From Candidatus Saccharimonadia bacterium (GTDB lineage: Bacteria; Patescibacteriota; Saccharimonadia; UBA4664), in NCBI GenBank assembly GCA_035479295.1, contig DATIIV010000012.1, positions 1,010-65,009 of the forward strand: DNA of 64,000 nt. The letters are read 5' to 3'. A program made the translations under genes and the position numbers. Below, piece by piece: positions 38,171 to 48,664 of this stretch. Each line of letters opens with the position of its first letter. The first letter of the stretch is position 1. Under the pieces are notes generated by a model that made no database searches, was not told the origin of the DNA, and saw nothing but the letters and a program-made list of their open reading frames with translations.

Positions 38171-39361
38171 ATGGAGAAATTTCTGCTCGATCGATTGCTG
38201 CGCCGACTCCGCCAAGGTGGCGTAAAGATTCGCTATTGGGATGGCGATGAGCGGGTATACGGCCCCGCCAGGCCCTATCTCACTATTCATTATAAGAGCC
38301 CGGCGGCGGTGCGGGGTGTCATCAAGAATTTGTCCTTGGGCCTGGGCGAGGGTTATATGAATGGTCTCATCGACTTTGACGGCCCGATCGCTAAGCTGAT
38401 CCAACTGGGCGATGAGAACACTGCCGCTGTGGCTGGGTTTTCGCTAAAGGCGCTGACGAGCCGACCCCAACGGAACCATAAATCGGCCCAGGCCCGGCAG
38501 ATCCAGCACCATTACGACCTGGGCAACGATTTTTATCGGCTCTGGCTCGACCGGTCGCTCACCTACAGCTGCGCCTACTTTGCCACGCCCGCTGATGATC
38601 TGGAGGCCGCCCAGCAGCACAAGCTCGATCATGTATTGCGCAAACTACAGCTGCAGTCCGGCCAGCGGCTGCTCGACATCGGTTCGGGCTGGGGCGGGCT
38701 GCTGATAGCGGCGGCGCAGCGGTATGGCGCCACCGGCCTGGGCATTACGCTCAGCCGCGAGCAGCTGGCCGGCGCTCGCCAGGCTGCCGCCAAGGCTGGC
38801 GTGGCCGACCGCGTCACCTTTGAGCTCATGAACTACCAGGACTTGGCGGCCACCAGCCAGCGCTTCGACCGCATCGTTAGTGTTGGCATGTACGAGCACG
38901 TGGGTCGTCACAATCATGCTAGCTACTTTGCGGCCGTTGACCGGCTCCTAGCAGACGGCGGCCTAACGGTGCTGCATACCATCTCACAGCAGCAGGAGCT
39001 GCCCAACGACCCGTGGATCGATCGCTATATCTTTCCCGGCGGCTATCTGCCTACCATCGCTGGCACGGTGGCGTACGCTACCAATCACAACTTTCGCCTG
39101 CTCGATTACGAGAACCTGCGCCTGCACTACGCGCTCACGCTCGAGGCCTGGTTGAATAGATTTGAGTCTCACAGTAGCCAAATTAAGGCCATGTATGATG
39201 AACGATTTGTACGCATGTGGCGATTTTACTTGAGCGTCTCGGCCGGCAGCTTTCGCTATGGCGGGCTCGATCTATCGCAGTTTGTCTTTAGTAAAGGCCG
39301 ACGCAACGACCTGCCGCTGACCCGCGACTTCTTGTACCAGCCCGACCACGAGGCGCTATAA
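38171..39361 (+). CDS. cfa: Cyclopropane-fatty-acyl-phospholipid synthase
   Basis: HYDLGNDFY.LWLD..LTYSCAYF, LDIGSGWG, SVGMYEHVG, YIFPGG, HYALTL. Confidence 0.9.
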   Translation: MEKFLLDRLLRRLRQGGVKIRYWDGDERVYGPARPYLTIHYKSPAAVRGVIKNLSLGLGEGYMNGLIDFDGPIAKLIQLGDENTAAVAGFSLKALTSRPQRNHKSAQARQIQHHYDLGNDFYRLWLDRSLTYSCAYFATPADDLEAAQQHKLDHVLRKLQLQSGQRLLDIGSGWGGLLIAAAQRYGATGLGITLSREQLAGARQAAAKAGVADRVTFELMNYQDLAATSQRFDRIVSVGMYEHVGRHNHASYFAAVDRLLADGGLTVLHTISQQQELPNDPWIDRYIFPGGYLPTIAGTVAYATNHNFRLLDYENLRLHYALTLEAWLNRFESHSSQIKAMYDERFVRMWRFYLSVSAGSFRYGGLDLSQFVFSKGRRNDLPLTRDFLYQPDHEAL

Positions 39362-39385
39362 TACCACCAGACCTGACGGATCTTT

Positions 39386-39961
39386 ATGGACGAGCTCTAC
39401 AGCCCCAGCCAAAATACCTACCTGGAGCGCCACTTTAGCAAGGCGCCCAATTACGTGGCGGCTAGCGTCATGGCCATCGATTACGACCGGCTGTTTGCGG
39501 CCGGCATTCGGCATCTGGTGTTCGACGTCGATAACACGCTGGTGTCGTACGGCGAGCCGGTGCTGCAAGGGCCGATGCTGGAGTTTTTGAAGCAGCTTAA
39601 GGCTCGGCCCGAGGTTCACACATTGCGCCTGGCCAGCAATAGCCGGCGCGATCTGAGTACCTTTGGCATTGGTCTGGGCATCGACGTTATTAAACCCTGG
39701 CGCCTCAGCTTTAAGCCGCTGCCGTCGTTTTATCGGCGAATTTTGGCTAATATTGGGCCCAATATCGACCCTAAAACCGTGGCCATGGTGGGCGATAAGC
39801 TGATTCAGGACGTGTGGGGCGCCAACTACGCCGGCATGACCACGGTGCTGGTGCAGCCGCTGGGCCGTGATTTTTGGCTCGATCGACTGCTGGGCTCGCG
39901 TAGGCGCGAGCGACGGTTGCTGCGCAAATACTTGCCGCACCATATTGAGGCGTGGTTTTAG
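39386..39961 (+). CDS. YqeG-like HAD-IIIA phosphatase
   Basis: FDVDNTL, SN, KP, VGDKLIQDV.GAN..G..T.LV.PL. Confidence 0.8.
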   Translation: MDELYSPSQNTYLERHFSKAPNYVAASVMAIDYDRLFAAGIRHLVFDVDNTLVSYGEPVLQGPMLEFLKQLKARPEVHTLRLASNSRRDLSTFGIGLGIDVIKPWRLSFKPLPSFYRRILANIGPNIDPKTVAMVGDKLIQDVWGANYAGMTTVLVQPLGRDFWLDRLLGSRRRERRLLRKYLPHHIEAWF

Positions 39962-40623
39962 GCGCCGAGTCGGCGCGCTAGGGTGGGGAGGCCGTCGCCG
40001 GCCAGGCGCGGCAGGCTGGCGCGGCGGCCGCCCAGAGCCAACAGCAGATCCTGCGCCGCGCCACGCACCAGCGGCCCGCGGCCGTAGCGCCAGCCGATAT
40101 CGTCGGCCGCCAGCGACAGCCCGCGGATCAGCCGCGTGGTGCCAGCCAGCCGCTCGCTCAGGCTCAGCGGCGACGGTCGCCAGTGCTTAAACACCAGCTC
40201 CAACACTGGCCGCTCAATCGTGTGCGGCCGCTCGAGCGGAATCGCAATGTCCTGCCAGTGGATCAGCAGGTCGCTCAGCACGTGCACTGGCTTTACCAGA
40301 ATCGGCGTAACTTGCTTGGGGATATCTTCGCGCAATAAACCGAGCAGCATCTCAGGGTCGTTGCGGCCCAGCTCTACCGCGGCGCGCTGCATAAAGACGT
40401 TAAAACTCAGCCCACTCTGCACAAATCCGGGCAGCGAACCCAGCGGTGAGTAGCGCGACTCCAAGATGATATGCGCCACCACGTGCCGCACCTGCCAGCC
40501 GTCGCAGAGCGAGTCGTGATTCCAGGCTTTGGCCGGCAACGCTTGCAAATAATCGAGGAGCTGTTGACGCTGCTGGGCGGTGGCCTGCCATATCGGAATA
40601 TCGCTAGAAGAGGTTTGAGGCAT
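39958..40623 (-). CDS. Maleylpyruvate isomerase family (mycothiol-dependent, DinB superfamily) protein
   Basis: SLC.GW.VR.VVAH, D.LIH.QDI..PL, L.A.D..W..G.G..V.G....LLLA..GR. Confidence 0.85.
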   Translation of the reverse strand: MPQTSSSDIPIWQATAQQRQQLLDYLQALPAKAWNHDSLCDGWQVRHVVAHIILESRYSPLGSLPGFVQSGLSFNVFMQRAAVELGRNDPEMLLGLLREDIPKQVTPILVKPVHVLSDLLIHWQDIAIPLERPHTIERPVLELVFKHWRPSPLSLSERLAGTTRLIRGLSLAADDIGWRYGRGPLVRGAAQDLLLALGGRRASLPRLAGDGLPTLARRLGA

Positions 40624-40790
40624 AGGGTGCATTATACGGCTTTTTGGCGGCTTATCCAATTGACAAATGTTCTCATTAAGGCATAATTGCTTACCATGGG
40701 AGCCCCGCGCGGCCTGATCGCCGGTTGCACTCAGCAGACTTGAAACACATCCCCATGTTCCCCGTCTCGTGAAAGGATGGTGGCAAGATA

Positions 40791-41459
40791 ATGACCAGAT
40801 CGGAGCTGCTTTATAGCAGTGTAACGCCGCCGCCGGCCAGTGAACGGCTGGAGGCTGCCGGTGCGCAGGCCTTAGCGCTCGTCAAGCGAGCGCTGCCTGG
40901 CCTCAAGGCCGCCGGTCAGTCTGACTCGTCGGTGTCGAGGGAGATCGCCTGCTCACACTCGCGGAGCGGAGCCCATGGCTGGCTCCAGTTCATCATCGGC
41001 GGCCAGTGCGAGATCACGCTCCTGCACGACAAGATCGTCTCGCTGAGCTGGTGCCCGGACCCATCTCGACCCGACGAGATCTCGCTGGGCTGGCGCGGTG
41101 ACCTCCTGATTGGCCTTGAGGTGCTCGGCCGAAGCCTGACCCTGTTCGATGAGCCGAGCACCCGACTCGGCCAGACCAAGTACCGGCCGGTCCGTCGCCT
41201 GGGCTGGACCGATGCGGCGGGAGATTGGCGTGAGGTCGAAGACGCCAGCGAGGCTCAGATCCTGCGGCTTGTCGACCAGCTTCGGGCGCAGTCACCGGCG
41301 CTGCAATCCCTACTCCAGTCGTTCTGCCCGCCCGAGCCGGTCGTGGCTCCCGCTCGGCCGTCGCCGGGCAGGGTGGCCAAGATCGTCAATGCCCGGCGCC
41401 GCCAGTTGCCAGTCAATCCGCCGCCGTCGAACTGGCCGGAGCACTCGGCCGTCGCTTAG
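40791..41459 (+). CDS. Orphan hypothetical protein
   Basis: TTGACA/CATAAT promoter (40660-40687), about 95-nt leader, hairpin 41507-41547. Confidence 0.55.
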   Translation: MTRSELLYSSVTPPPASERLEAAGAQALALVKRALPGLKAAGQSDSSVSREIACSHSRSGAHGWLQFIIGGQCEITLLHDKIVSLSWCPDPSRPDEISLGWRGDLLIGLEVLGRSLTLFDEPSTRLGQTKYRPVRRLGWTDAAGDWREVEDASEAQILRLVDQLRAQSPALQSLLQSFCPPEPVVAPARPSPGRVAKIVNARRRQLPVNPPPSNWPEHSAVA

Positions 41460-41650
41460 GCGCAGCGGTGAATCGCGGCCAATTTGCCAGGACACGGATG
41501 TGGCCTCTTCCCTGCGCTGAATCACCGATCAGCTCGGCGCAGGGAAGCCCACCCCAAGATTTCAACTCAATTTGAAGTTTTAGGCTGGGCTTATCGCATT
41601 GACAGCGCTGGCCGATACCGGGAGTATGGAGAGCAAGGAAGTACCTACCC

Positions 41651-42361
41651 ATGAACGCCATTGAGCTCCACGGCATTACCAAAATCTATAAAACCGGCGA
41701 CGAAGATACCGCGGCGCTGCAGGGCGTCGACTTGACGGTTAAAAAAGGTGAGTTTGTGGCCATTATGGGTCCGTCGGGCTCGGGCAAATCAACGCTGATG
41801 CACATTATTGGCCTGCTCGACCGACCAACTGCCGGCGTTTATCGCCTCGATGGCCAGGATGTCAGTACGCTGACCAAACGCAAGCAGGCGCAGATTCGCA
41901 ATCGCGAGATCGGCTTTGTGTTTCAGCAGTTTAACCTGCTGCCGCGGGCCTCGGTGCTCGAGAACGTGCTGCTGCCAACGCTGTACGGCAAGATCGACGA
42001 GCCCGTTAAGCAGGCCAAGCGACTGATCGAGCAGGTGGGTCTGGGCGACCGCCTCAACAACCGCAGCAACCAGCTCTCGGGCGGCCAGGTGCAGCGGGTG
42101 GCCATTGCTCGGGCGCTGGTGATGAGCCCCACTATCATCTTGGCCGACGAGCCGACCGGCAATCTGGATAGCAAGCGCTCGGCCGAGATCATGGACCTAC
42201 TCGGCGACATTAATAAGGCCGGTGCCACCATTGTGCTGATTACCCACGAGCCGGACGTGGCGGCCTATGCCGACCGGATCGTGACCATCCGCGACGGCCA
42301 GATAGTGAGCAGCAAGGCTCCGACCCAGGCCAAGCCAGCTAAGCAGGAGGCGGCAGCATGA
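41651..42361 (+). CDS. MacB/LolD-type ABC ATP-binding protein
   Basis: [32 protein letters not shown]. Confidence 0.92.
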   Translation: MNAIELHGITKIYKTGDEDTAALQGVDLTVKKGEFVAIMGPSGSGKSTLMHIIGLLDRPTAGVYRLDGQDVSTLTKRKQAQIRNREIGFVFQQFNLLPRASVLENVLLPTLYGKIDEPVKQAKRLIEQVGLGDRLNNRSNQLSGGQVQRVAIARALVMSPTIILADEPTGNLDSKRSAEIMDLLGDINKAGATIVLITHEPDVAAYADRIVTIRDGQIVSSKAPTQAKPAKQEAAA

Positions 42362-43632
42362 AGCTCTACCAAGCCATTAGGCAATCACTCAAGGCTATCT
42401 TGCGCAATAAAGGGCGAAGTTTTCTCACCATTCTCGGCATCATTATTGGCATCGGCTCGGTGATCGCGCTGATCTCGCTGGGCGCCGGCGTGCAGGCCAG
42501 CGTGAGCAGCCAGGTCTCCAAGCTGGGCGCCACCACGTTGGTGGTAACGCCGGGCGAGGGGCTGTCGCGGGCCACCGCCGGCTCATCGAGCAGCCAGTCT
42601 CGGAGCCAGCAGAGTAGTGGGGGACCCGGCGCGCGCGGCGGCGGCTTTGCTCAGGCGGCCTCGACGTTGTCGGTGGCCGACCTTACTTCGCTCCAAGACC
42701 GCGCCAAGCATCCGCACATTCAGGCTGCGGCGGGCAACGTCTCCGGCTCGGCCATCTTTACCGCCGCCGGTCAGGATCAGCGCTACACGATCTTGGGCAC
42801 GTCGCCGAGTTACTTTACGATTAATAATCTTAAGATCGCCCGGGGCCAGCTTCTGAGCGATGCCGATAGCGCCGCCAAGGTGGTGGTGCTGGGCGAGCAA
42901 TTTGCCGCTGAAGTGCTGGGCAGTACCAAGGTAGTGGGTCAGACACTGGTGATCAACGGCGATACCTACCGCATCGCTGGCGTAATGGCTAAGGCCAACG
43001 AGAGCAGCTTTGCCAACCCCAACGACGAGGCCTTTGTGCCGTACCAGGCAGCCATGGCGACCTTTGGCACGCCCACTTTTAATAGCCTGATGATCGAGGC
43101 CGACGCGCAGAGCAGTGTTGACGCTGTGAAGTCGGATATTCAGACAACGCTGCTGGCCAACCACAAGATCACCGACGCCAAGTTGGCCGATTTTAGCGTT
43201 AGTAGCGCCAAGGATCTGCTCTCGGCCATTACCCAGATTACCGGTTTGCTCACCTCGCTGCTGGCCGGCATCGCCGCCATCTCGCTGGTAGTGGGCGGCA
43301 TTGGCATCATGAACATTATGCTCGTAAGTGTGACTGAGCGGACGCGCGAGATTGGCCTGCGCAAAGCGGTGGGCGCACGCACTGCGGATATTCTGGGCCA
43401 GTTTGTGACCGAGGCCATGATGTTAACGCTTATCGGCGGACTGCTGGGTATTGGCTTGGGCAAATTGATCGGCTTGTTGGCTGCTAAAGTACTCCAGATT
43501 ACGCCGGTGATTACGCCTGGTGCGGTGCTGTTGGCTGTGGGCGTGTCGAGTGCGGTGGGCCTGGTGTTCGGGATCTACCCGGCGGCCAAGGCAGCCCGGC
43601 TCAACCCGATCGACGCACTACGCTATGAGTAA
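42358..43632 (+). CDS. MacB/FtsX-type ABC permease
   Basis: RSFLT.LGIIIG, GGIGIMNIMLVSVTERTREIG, NPIDALRYE. Confidence 0.92.
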   Translation: MKLYQAIRQSLKAILRNKGRSFLTILGIIIGIGSVIALISLGAGVQASVSSQVSKLGATTLVVTPGEGLSRATAGSSSSQSRSQQSSGGPGARGGGFAQAASTLSVADLTSLQDRAKHPHIQAAAGNVSGSAIFTAAGQDQRYTILGTSPSYFTINNLKIARGQLLSDADSAAKVVVLGEQFAAEVLGSTKVVGQTLVINGDTYRIAGVMAKANESSFANPNDEAFVPYQAAMATFGTPTFNSLMIEADAQSSVDAVKSDIQTTLLANHKITDAKLADFSVSSAKDLLSAITQITGLLTSLLAGIAAISLVVGGIGIMNIMLVSVTERTREIGLRKAVGARTADILGQFVTEAMMLTLIGGLLGIGLGKLIGLLAAKVLQITPVITPGAVLLAVGVSSAVGLVFGIYPAAKAARLNPIDALRYE

Positions 43633-43722
43633 GGCTGGCCTTACGACCGAAGCGCCCCTTTCTTAAGCGATCTCTCAGCTCGGCTATGGTTTCGTAATGA
43701 GGAATCATAACAGGAGATCAAG

Positions 43723-45069
43723 GTGAGCGCAGTTGCCAGGGGCGTCCGAAACACCTTTCGGAATACGATCCGCAGCTTCTCGATTACCGCCATTCTGGCG
43801 ATTAGTATTGGCCTGGCGCTCGTTATGGTGCTGGCCATGCGGGCGGTAAATAGCCGGATTAGCAGCGTTAAAAGCTCGATTGGCAATACTATTACGGTGT
43901 CGCCGGCCGGGGCGCGGGGCTTTGAGGGTGGCGGTAATCCGCTAACGCAGGACCAGATTAACCAGGTTAAGGCTGTGGCCCACGTGGTAGCAGTTAAGGC
44001 TACGCTGAGCGACCGGCTCGATTCGAGCAGCACCAACTTGGTCTCCTCGATCGAGCCGGGACAGCTGGGGCGGCGGTTTAATCGGGGCGGGGGCGGCAAC
44101 TTCAGCGGTGGCCAGAGCGGCCAGGGCCAGCCCGGCTCGGCGCCCTTGACGCTGCCGGTCATGGTAACGGGCACCACCGACCCCACTAGCACGCAGGTAA
44201 ATGGCTCAAGCCAATTTAAGGTGATCAGCGGCGCGAGCTTTAGTGGCACCACCGACGCCAACGTGGCGCTGATCGGCTCGGCGCTGGCCACCAAGAATAA
44301 TCTCAAGACGGGCAGCACCTTTACGGCCTATGGCGCCACCGCTACCGTGGCCGGTATTTACGATGCGGGCAACCAGTTTGCTAACGCTGGCGTCATTATG
44401 CCGTTGCCGACGGTACAGCGCCTATCGCAGCAGCCGGGCGATATCACCAGCGCCATCGTGCAGGTCGACTCGATCTCTCATCTGGCCGGAGCTACCTCGG
44501 CTATTCAGTCGCAGCTGGGGGATGCGGCCGATGTGGTCTCGGCCCAGGATAATTCCAGCCAGGCGCTGGCGCCGCTGGAGAACATTAAGTCCATCTCGCT
44601 CTACAGCCTGATCGGCGCGCTGGTAGCCGGCTCGGTTATCATTTTCTTGACGATGCTGATGATTGTGCGCGAACGCCGGCGAGAGATTGGCGTGCTGAAG
44701 GCTATTGGCGCCGGCAACCTCACCATCGTGGGCCAGTTCGTCGTCGAGTCGCTGACGCTGACGTTGATGGGCGCGGTGGTTGGCACGGTGGCCGGGGCGC
44801 TGCTGAGTAATCCGGTGCTCAAGGTGCTGGCGAGCAGCAGCGCCCAGTCTGGCGCCGCCACCATGGGCGCCGGCCGTGGCTTTGGCCGGGCCGTTGGTGG
44901 TGCTCTCGTCGGGGCGCGCGGGGCGGTTACCAGCCTACAGGCTAGTGTGGGCCTCGACCTCTTGCTGTACGGCTTGCTGGCGGCCATCGCCATCGCTGTC
45001 ATTGGCAGCGCTATTCCGGCCTGGCTCATCGCCAAGGTACGACCAGCCGAAGTAATGAGGGCCGAATAA
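43723..45069 (+). CDS. FtsX/MacB-type ABC permease
   Basis: RN.FRN..R, VRERRREIGVLKAIG, RPAEVMRAE. Confidence 0.88.
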   Translation: MSAVARGVRNTFRNTIRSFSITAILAISIGLALVMVLAMRAVNSRISSVKSSIGNTITVSPAGARGFEGGGNPLTQDQINQVKAVAHVVAVKATLSDRLDSSSTNLVSSIEPGQLGRRFNRGGGGNFSGGQSGQGQPGSAPLTLPVMVTGTTDPTSTQVNGSSQFKVISGASFSGTTDANVALIGSALATKNNLKTGSTFTAYGATATVAGIYDAGNQFANAGVIMPLPTVQRLSQQPGDITSAIVQVDSISHLAGATSAIQSQLGDAADVVSAQDNSSQALAPLENIKSISLYSLIGALVAGSVIIFLTMLMIVRERRREIGVLKAIGAGNLTIVGQFVVESLTLTLMGAVVGTVAGALLSNPVLKVLASSSAQSGAATMGAGRGFGRAVGGALVGARGAVTSLQASVGLDLLLYGLLAAIAIAVIGSAIPAWLIAKVRPAEVMRAE

Positions 45070-45758
45070 TGCTTGAAGTTACCAAACTTACCAAAACTTT
45101 TAACTCGGGCGAGACCGCTGTCACGGCCGTATCCAACGTTAGCTTCACTATTCGCGAGGGCCAATTTGCCTCCATTATCGGCAAGAGCGGCAGCGGCAAG
45201 AGCACCTTGCTGTCGCTGCTGGGGGCGCTCGATAAGCCGACCGAAGGCGAGATAAAGGTCGACGGCCAGGTAGTTAGCCGCGGCAGTGACGCGCAATTAA
45301 CCCGCTACCGCCGCCAAAAGATCGGCTTTGTCTTTCAGGGCTACAACCTCGTACCCAACCTAACGGCGGCGGAGAATGTGATGCTGCCGATGGAGTTTGC
45401 CGGCCTACCGGCGGCCCAGCGGCGCGAGCGGGGCGAGCAGCTGCTGGAGCAGGTCGGCCTAGATGCGGCCAAGCAGCAGCGCAAGCCGGGTCGGCTGAGC
45501 GGCGGCGAGCAGCAGCGCGTAGCTATTGCTCGGGCCCTGGCCAATAAGCCCAGGCTCATTCTGGCCGACGAGCCCACCGGCAACCTAGACTCGCAGACCG
45601 GCCAGATGATCTTTGAGCTGCTGCATCAGCTGGCCCGGTCCGAGCAGACCACCATCGTGGCCGTTACCCACGACCTGTCGATCGCTGGCAAGACCGATCT
45701 GTCGTTCCGACTGCACGATGGCAAGATCACGGCCGATGTGCGGACGCTGGCGGCGTAA
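45069..45758 (+). CDS. MacB/LolD-type ABC ATP-binding protein
   Basis: [26 protein letters not shown]. Confidence 0.92.
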   Translation: MLEVTKLTKTFNSGETAVTAVSNVSFTIREGQFASIIGKSGSGKSTLLSLLGALDKPTEGEIKVDGQVVSRGSDAQLTRYRRQKIGFVFQGYNLVPNLTAAENVMLPMEFAGLPAAQRRERGEQLLEQVGLDAAKQQRKPGRLSGGEQQRVAIARALANKPRLILADEPTGNLDSQTGQMIFELLHQLARSEQTTIVAVTHDLSIAGKTDLSFRLHDGKITADVRTLAA

Positions 45759-45845
45759 CCGGTCTGGACAAGCTGGGGGTGGGTGGGCATAATAATTTAA
45801 TCCCCTGGGCCACCCGCCCCACCGCGCCCGCCCCAAGGAGGCACC

Positions 45846-46154
45846 ATGAATCCCGCGCGTGAGCCTGGGCCGATCGAGCCCAGCGACCGCTTGGCCGGCA
45901 TCCGCCGCTGCCGCGAAGCCGGCGACACTTGCCCATTACTAGCAGGGCCGGATCGACCGCGCTGCGACACACCAACGCAGGCAGTCTGCGTTAGCTTTCG
46001 CGACGACCAGGGTCGGCCGGTTAACGCCTTGGTGGGCTGGTCGGACTCGCCGACCGAGGCTCAGCACCACGCCCACCAGCTGACTGATCCTCGATCGGGC
46101 TGCGGGCGCGTTATCACCGCCACCGTAGTGGATCAGACCGCCCGCGCTTCCTAG
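45846..46154 (+). CDS. Orphan Cys-containing small protein
   Basis: TGGACA-17-CATAAT promoter, SD AAGGAGG, hairpin 46167-46192. Confidence 0.6.
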   Translation: MNPAREPGPIEPSDRLAGIRRCREAGDTCPLLAGPDRPRCDTPTQAVCVSFRDDQGRPVNALVGWSDSPTEAQHHAHQLTDPRSGCGRVITATVVDQTARAS

Positions 46155-46308
46155 CCCACGCCACTCGGGCCCGGTGCTTCAGTGCCGGGCCCTCAATCTG
46201 GGCAGATGTAAACATTTATGTCAGATCGACTATGCTAAATAAGGCTTACTTGAGTGGCGTAAGTCAGGACATGGGCGATTCCACCTCGCGAAGAGAGCAG
46301 CTATCGTC

Positions 46309-46690
46309 ATGAAGAAGCTCGTCCTCACCGTCTACAATGGGGCAAATGTCGTAGTGAAACCCAGCCACGAGATAGAGCTGGTTGACATAATCAAACAGAT
46401 CGTTGGCTGCTTGGCAGAGCGCTTGGCTGAGTCGATTCGTGGTAAGTGCCAGCGACCAGCGCTTGCTGGTTGAGCTAGCCGAGCCAGAGCGGGAGAGGAT
46501 TCTGTGCAAGCTCCCCCAAGAGCGGAATGACATCTTTCTCGTCGAAGTCATCTCGCACCTCTTTGATCGTTCGCCCAAGGCTACCTCGCTCGAGTATATC
46601 GGCGAGTCGCAGTTTTCGACGTTTATTGAGCTCCTGGTGCAGGACTACAGCCAGAGCGATCGTCGCACTGAAGCTGCCACGCTGCTGTAA
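46309..46690 (+). pseudogene. Probably frameshifted orphan gene
   Basis: MKKLVLTVY...LAERL frame (stop 46473) overlaps the frame ending at 46690; junction near 46425. Confidence 0.35.
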
Positions 46691-46747
46691 ACTGGCCTGT
46701 AGCCCGGAAGAGACAGCTTTGACCGTCTCTTCCGGGCTATCAAAGCC

Positions 46748-47164
46748 TTAAAGCTTAGTCAGGCTCACTACTTTAATCGTCTTCGTAATGTTGTACTTAG
46801 TGTCGCTCGGTGCTGCCTCAAAGGTGCCAGTGACGCGCACATGGCTGCCGTTCACAGTGGCGACTGCCGGAGCGTTTATTAAGCCATAATCTTGACCCTG
46901 ATCGTCTTGGAGACCAATGGCGCACTCTTCTGTTTGCGGACCCGTCGTGTCTTTGTGGGGCAGGCACACGATGGTGCCATCGATGGTGCGCGTGGTATCG
47001 GGCGACTGCAAGCCGGGCGTGGGCGTGGCACCGATCTGCGCTGGCCTGAGGTGTGGCCAGAGGTAGAGGCCGAGACCCAGGAGCACGATGATCCCGGCTG
47101 CTACCAGTCCTAATTGAGTATAGTTGAACTGGGGACGATTGGGAGTAGGAGTTGGTTTAGTCAT
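46748..47164 (-). CDS. Membrane-anchored hypothetical protein
   Basis: One TM, CLPHKDTTGPQTEECAIGL; leaderless start 47164. Confidence 0.7.
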   Translation of the reverse strand: MTKPTPTPNRPQFNYTQLGLVAAGIIVLLGLGLYLWPHLRPAQIGATPTPGLQSPDTTRTIDGTIVCLPHKDTTGPQTEECAIGLQDDQGQDYGLINAPAVATVNGSHVRVTGTFEAAPSDTKYNITKTIKVVSLTKL

Positions 47165-47225
47165 GGCTGCATTATAGCATTGCCGCAATTGGTGATGTCG
47201 CGGGCGGTCATGATAAGATCGCACT

Positions 47226-48590
47226 ATGACGAAGCGACAACTTCGGGCGTTGATTGCGGTTACGCTCAGTAGCAGTGTAGTGTTTCTGGACGGCACGGTG
47301 GTGAATCTGGCGTTGCCGAAGTTGGCGAGCGACTTGCATGCGGGGTTTACGGCCCAGCAATGGACGGTGGAGGGCTACTTGCTGACGCTGTCGGCGCTGA
47401 TTTTGCTGGGCGGCACATTGGGTGATATCTTTGGCCGCAAGCGTGTTTATTTAGTGGGGCTCGTGGGCTTTGGCCTTAGCTCACTGGTGTGCGCGGTGGC
47501 GCCAACGGCCGGGGCATTGGTGGCGGCACGGCTGCTGCAGGGCGTGTTTGGGGCGTTACTGATACCGGGCGCGCTGGCCATTATCGAGACCAATTTTGGG
47601 CTGGAGCAGCGCGGCGCCGCCTTCGGCCGCTGGACGGCCTGGTCGTCGGCGGCCACGGCGGTGGGACCATTGTTGGGCGGCTATTTGATCGATGCGGTGT
47701 CGTGGCGGGCGGTTTTCTTAATCAACCTGCCGCTGGTGCTGCTGAGTCTGTGGCTGGCTGTGCCCAATATACACGAGAGCCGCGATGACTGGCCGCGCCG
47801 GGTTGATGGGTGGGGTGCGGCGTTAGCGATGCTGGCGCTGGCCGGGCTCACCTATGGCCTCATCCAGGGGCCGCCGCAGCACTGGTCGGCCGCACCGGTG
47901 GCGGCGCTGGCAGTGGGCGTGGCACTGGCGGTTATCTTTGTGGTGGTGGAACGCCGCGCCGCCGATCCTATGCTCAACCTGGCCCTCTTTCGCTCGCGCA
48001 ATTTTACCGGTGCCAACCTCACCACCTTTGCCATGTACGGGGCATTGTCCGGCTTCTTTTTTGCCTACGTTATCTATGCCCAAACGGCGCTGGGTTTCTC
48101 GAGCCTCATGGCCGGGCTCAGTACGCTGCCGGTGACGCTGTGCTTATTGTTGCTGTCGCGCCGCGCTGGAGCGTGGTCGGCCCGGCTGGGGCCGCGCTTA
48201 TTCATGACCGTCGGCCCCATTATGGCCGGTCTGGGCATGGCGGCACTGTGGTGGCTCCATCCTGGCGTGCCGGTGTGGGCGCCGCTGCCGGGCATCATCA
48301 TCTTTGGCATCGGCATGGCCCTCACTGTGGCGCCGCTTACCACCACCGTTATGGCGGCCGTCGACGAGACCAACGCCGGCATCGCCTCGGCCGTCAACAA
48401 TGCCGTCTCGCGCGTGGCCGGGTTGGTGGTTATCGCGCTGCTCGGCTTGTTTGGCGCCGCTCAAACTTACCGGTTTAGCGTGGCGTTGTGCGCGGCGTTG
48501 GCCATTGTGGCTGGTATTATTTCGTGGCTCATCATTAAAAATCCGCGGTTGGCTAGCCGACGTCAGTCAGCTAAAACCGCTGATGCTTGA
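47226..48590 (+). CDS. MFS drug efflux transporter (DHA2-like)
   Basis: LDGTVVNLALP, G.LGD.FGRKR, GPLLGGYL, WR.VFLINLP. Confidence 0.9.
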   Translation: MTKRQLRALIAVTLSSSVVFLDGTVVNLALPKLASDLHAGFTAQQWTVEGYLLTLSALILLGGTLGDIFGRKRVYLVGLVGFGLSSLVCAVAPTAGALVAARLLQGVFGALLIPGALAIIETNFGLEQRGAAFGRWTAWSSAATAVGPLLGGYLIDAVSWRAVFLINLPLVLLSLWLAVPNIHESRDDWPRRVDGWGAALAMLALAGLTYGLIQGPPQHWSAAPVAALAVGVALAVIFVVVERRAADPMLNLALFRSRNFTGANLTTFAMYGALSGFFFAYVIYAQTALGFSSLMAGLSTLPVTLCLLLLSRRAGAWSARLGPRLFMTVGPIMAGLGMAALWWLHPGVPVWAPLPGIIIFGIGMALTVAPLTTTVMAAVDETNAGIASAVNNAVSRVAGLVVIALLGLFGAAQTYRFSVALCAALAIVAGIISWLIIKNPRLASRRQSAKTADA

Positions 48591-48664
48591 CGTTCGCTTT
48601 TTGTTCCCTTAAGCTGATCGAGGCTGAGAATAAGCCAAGATTACCTTGAAAAGAAGGGATCCTC

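Noticed and set aside
40695-40790. Riboswitch in the leader of the 40791 orphan
   Set aside because: CATGGG/CCCATG can pair but no known aptamer consensus is recognisable.
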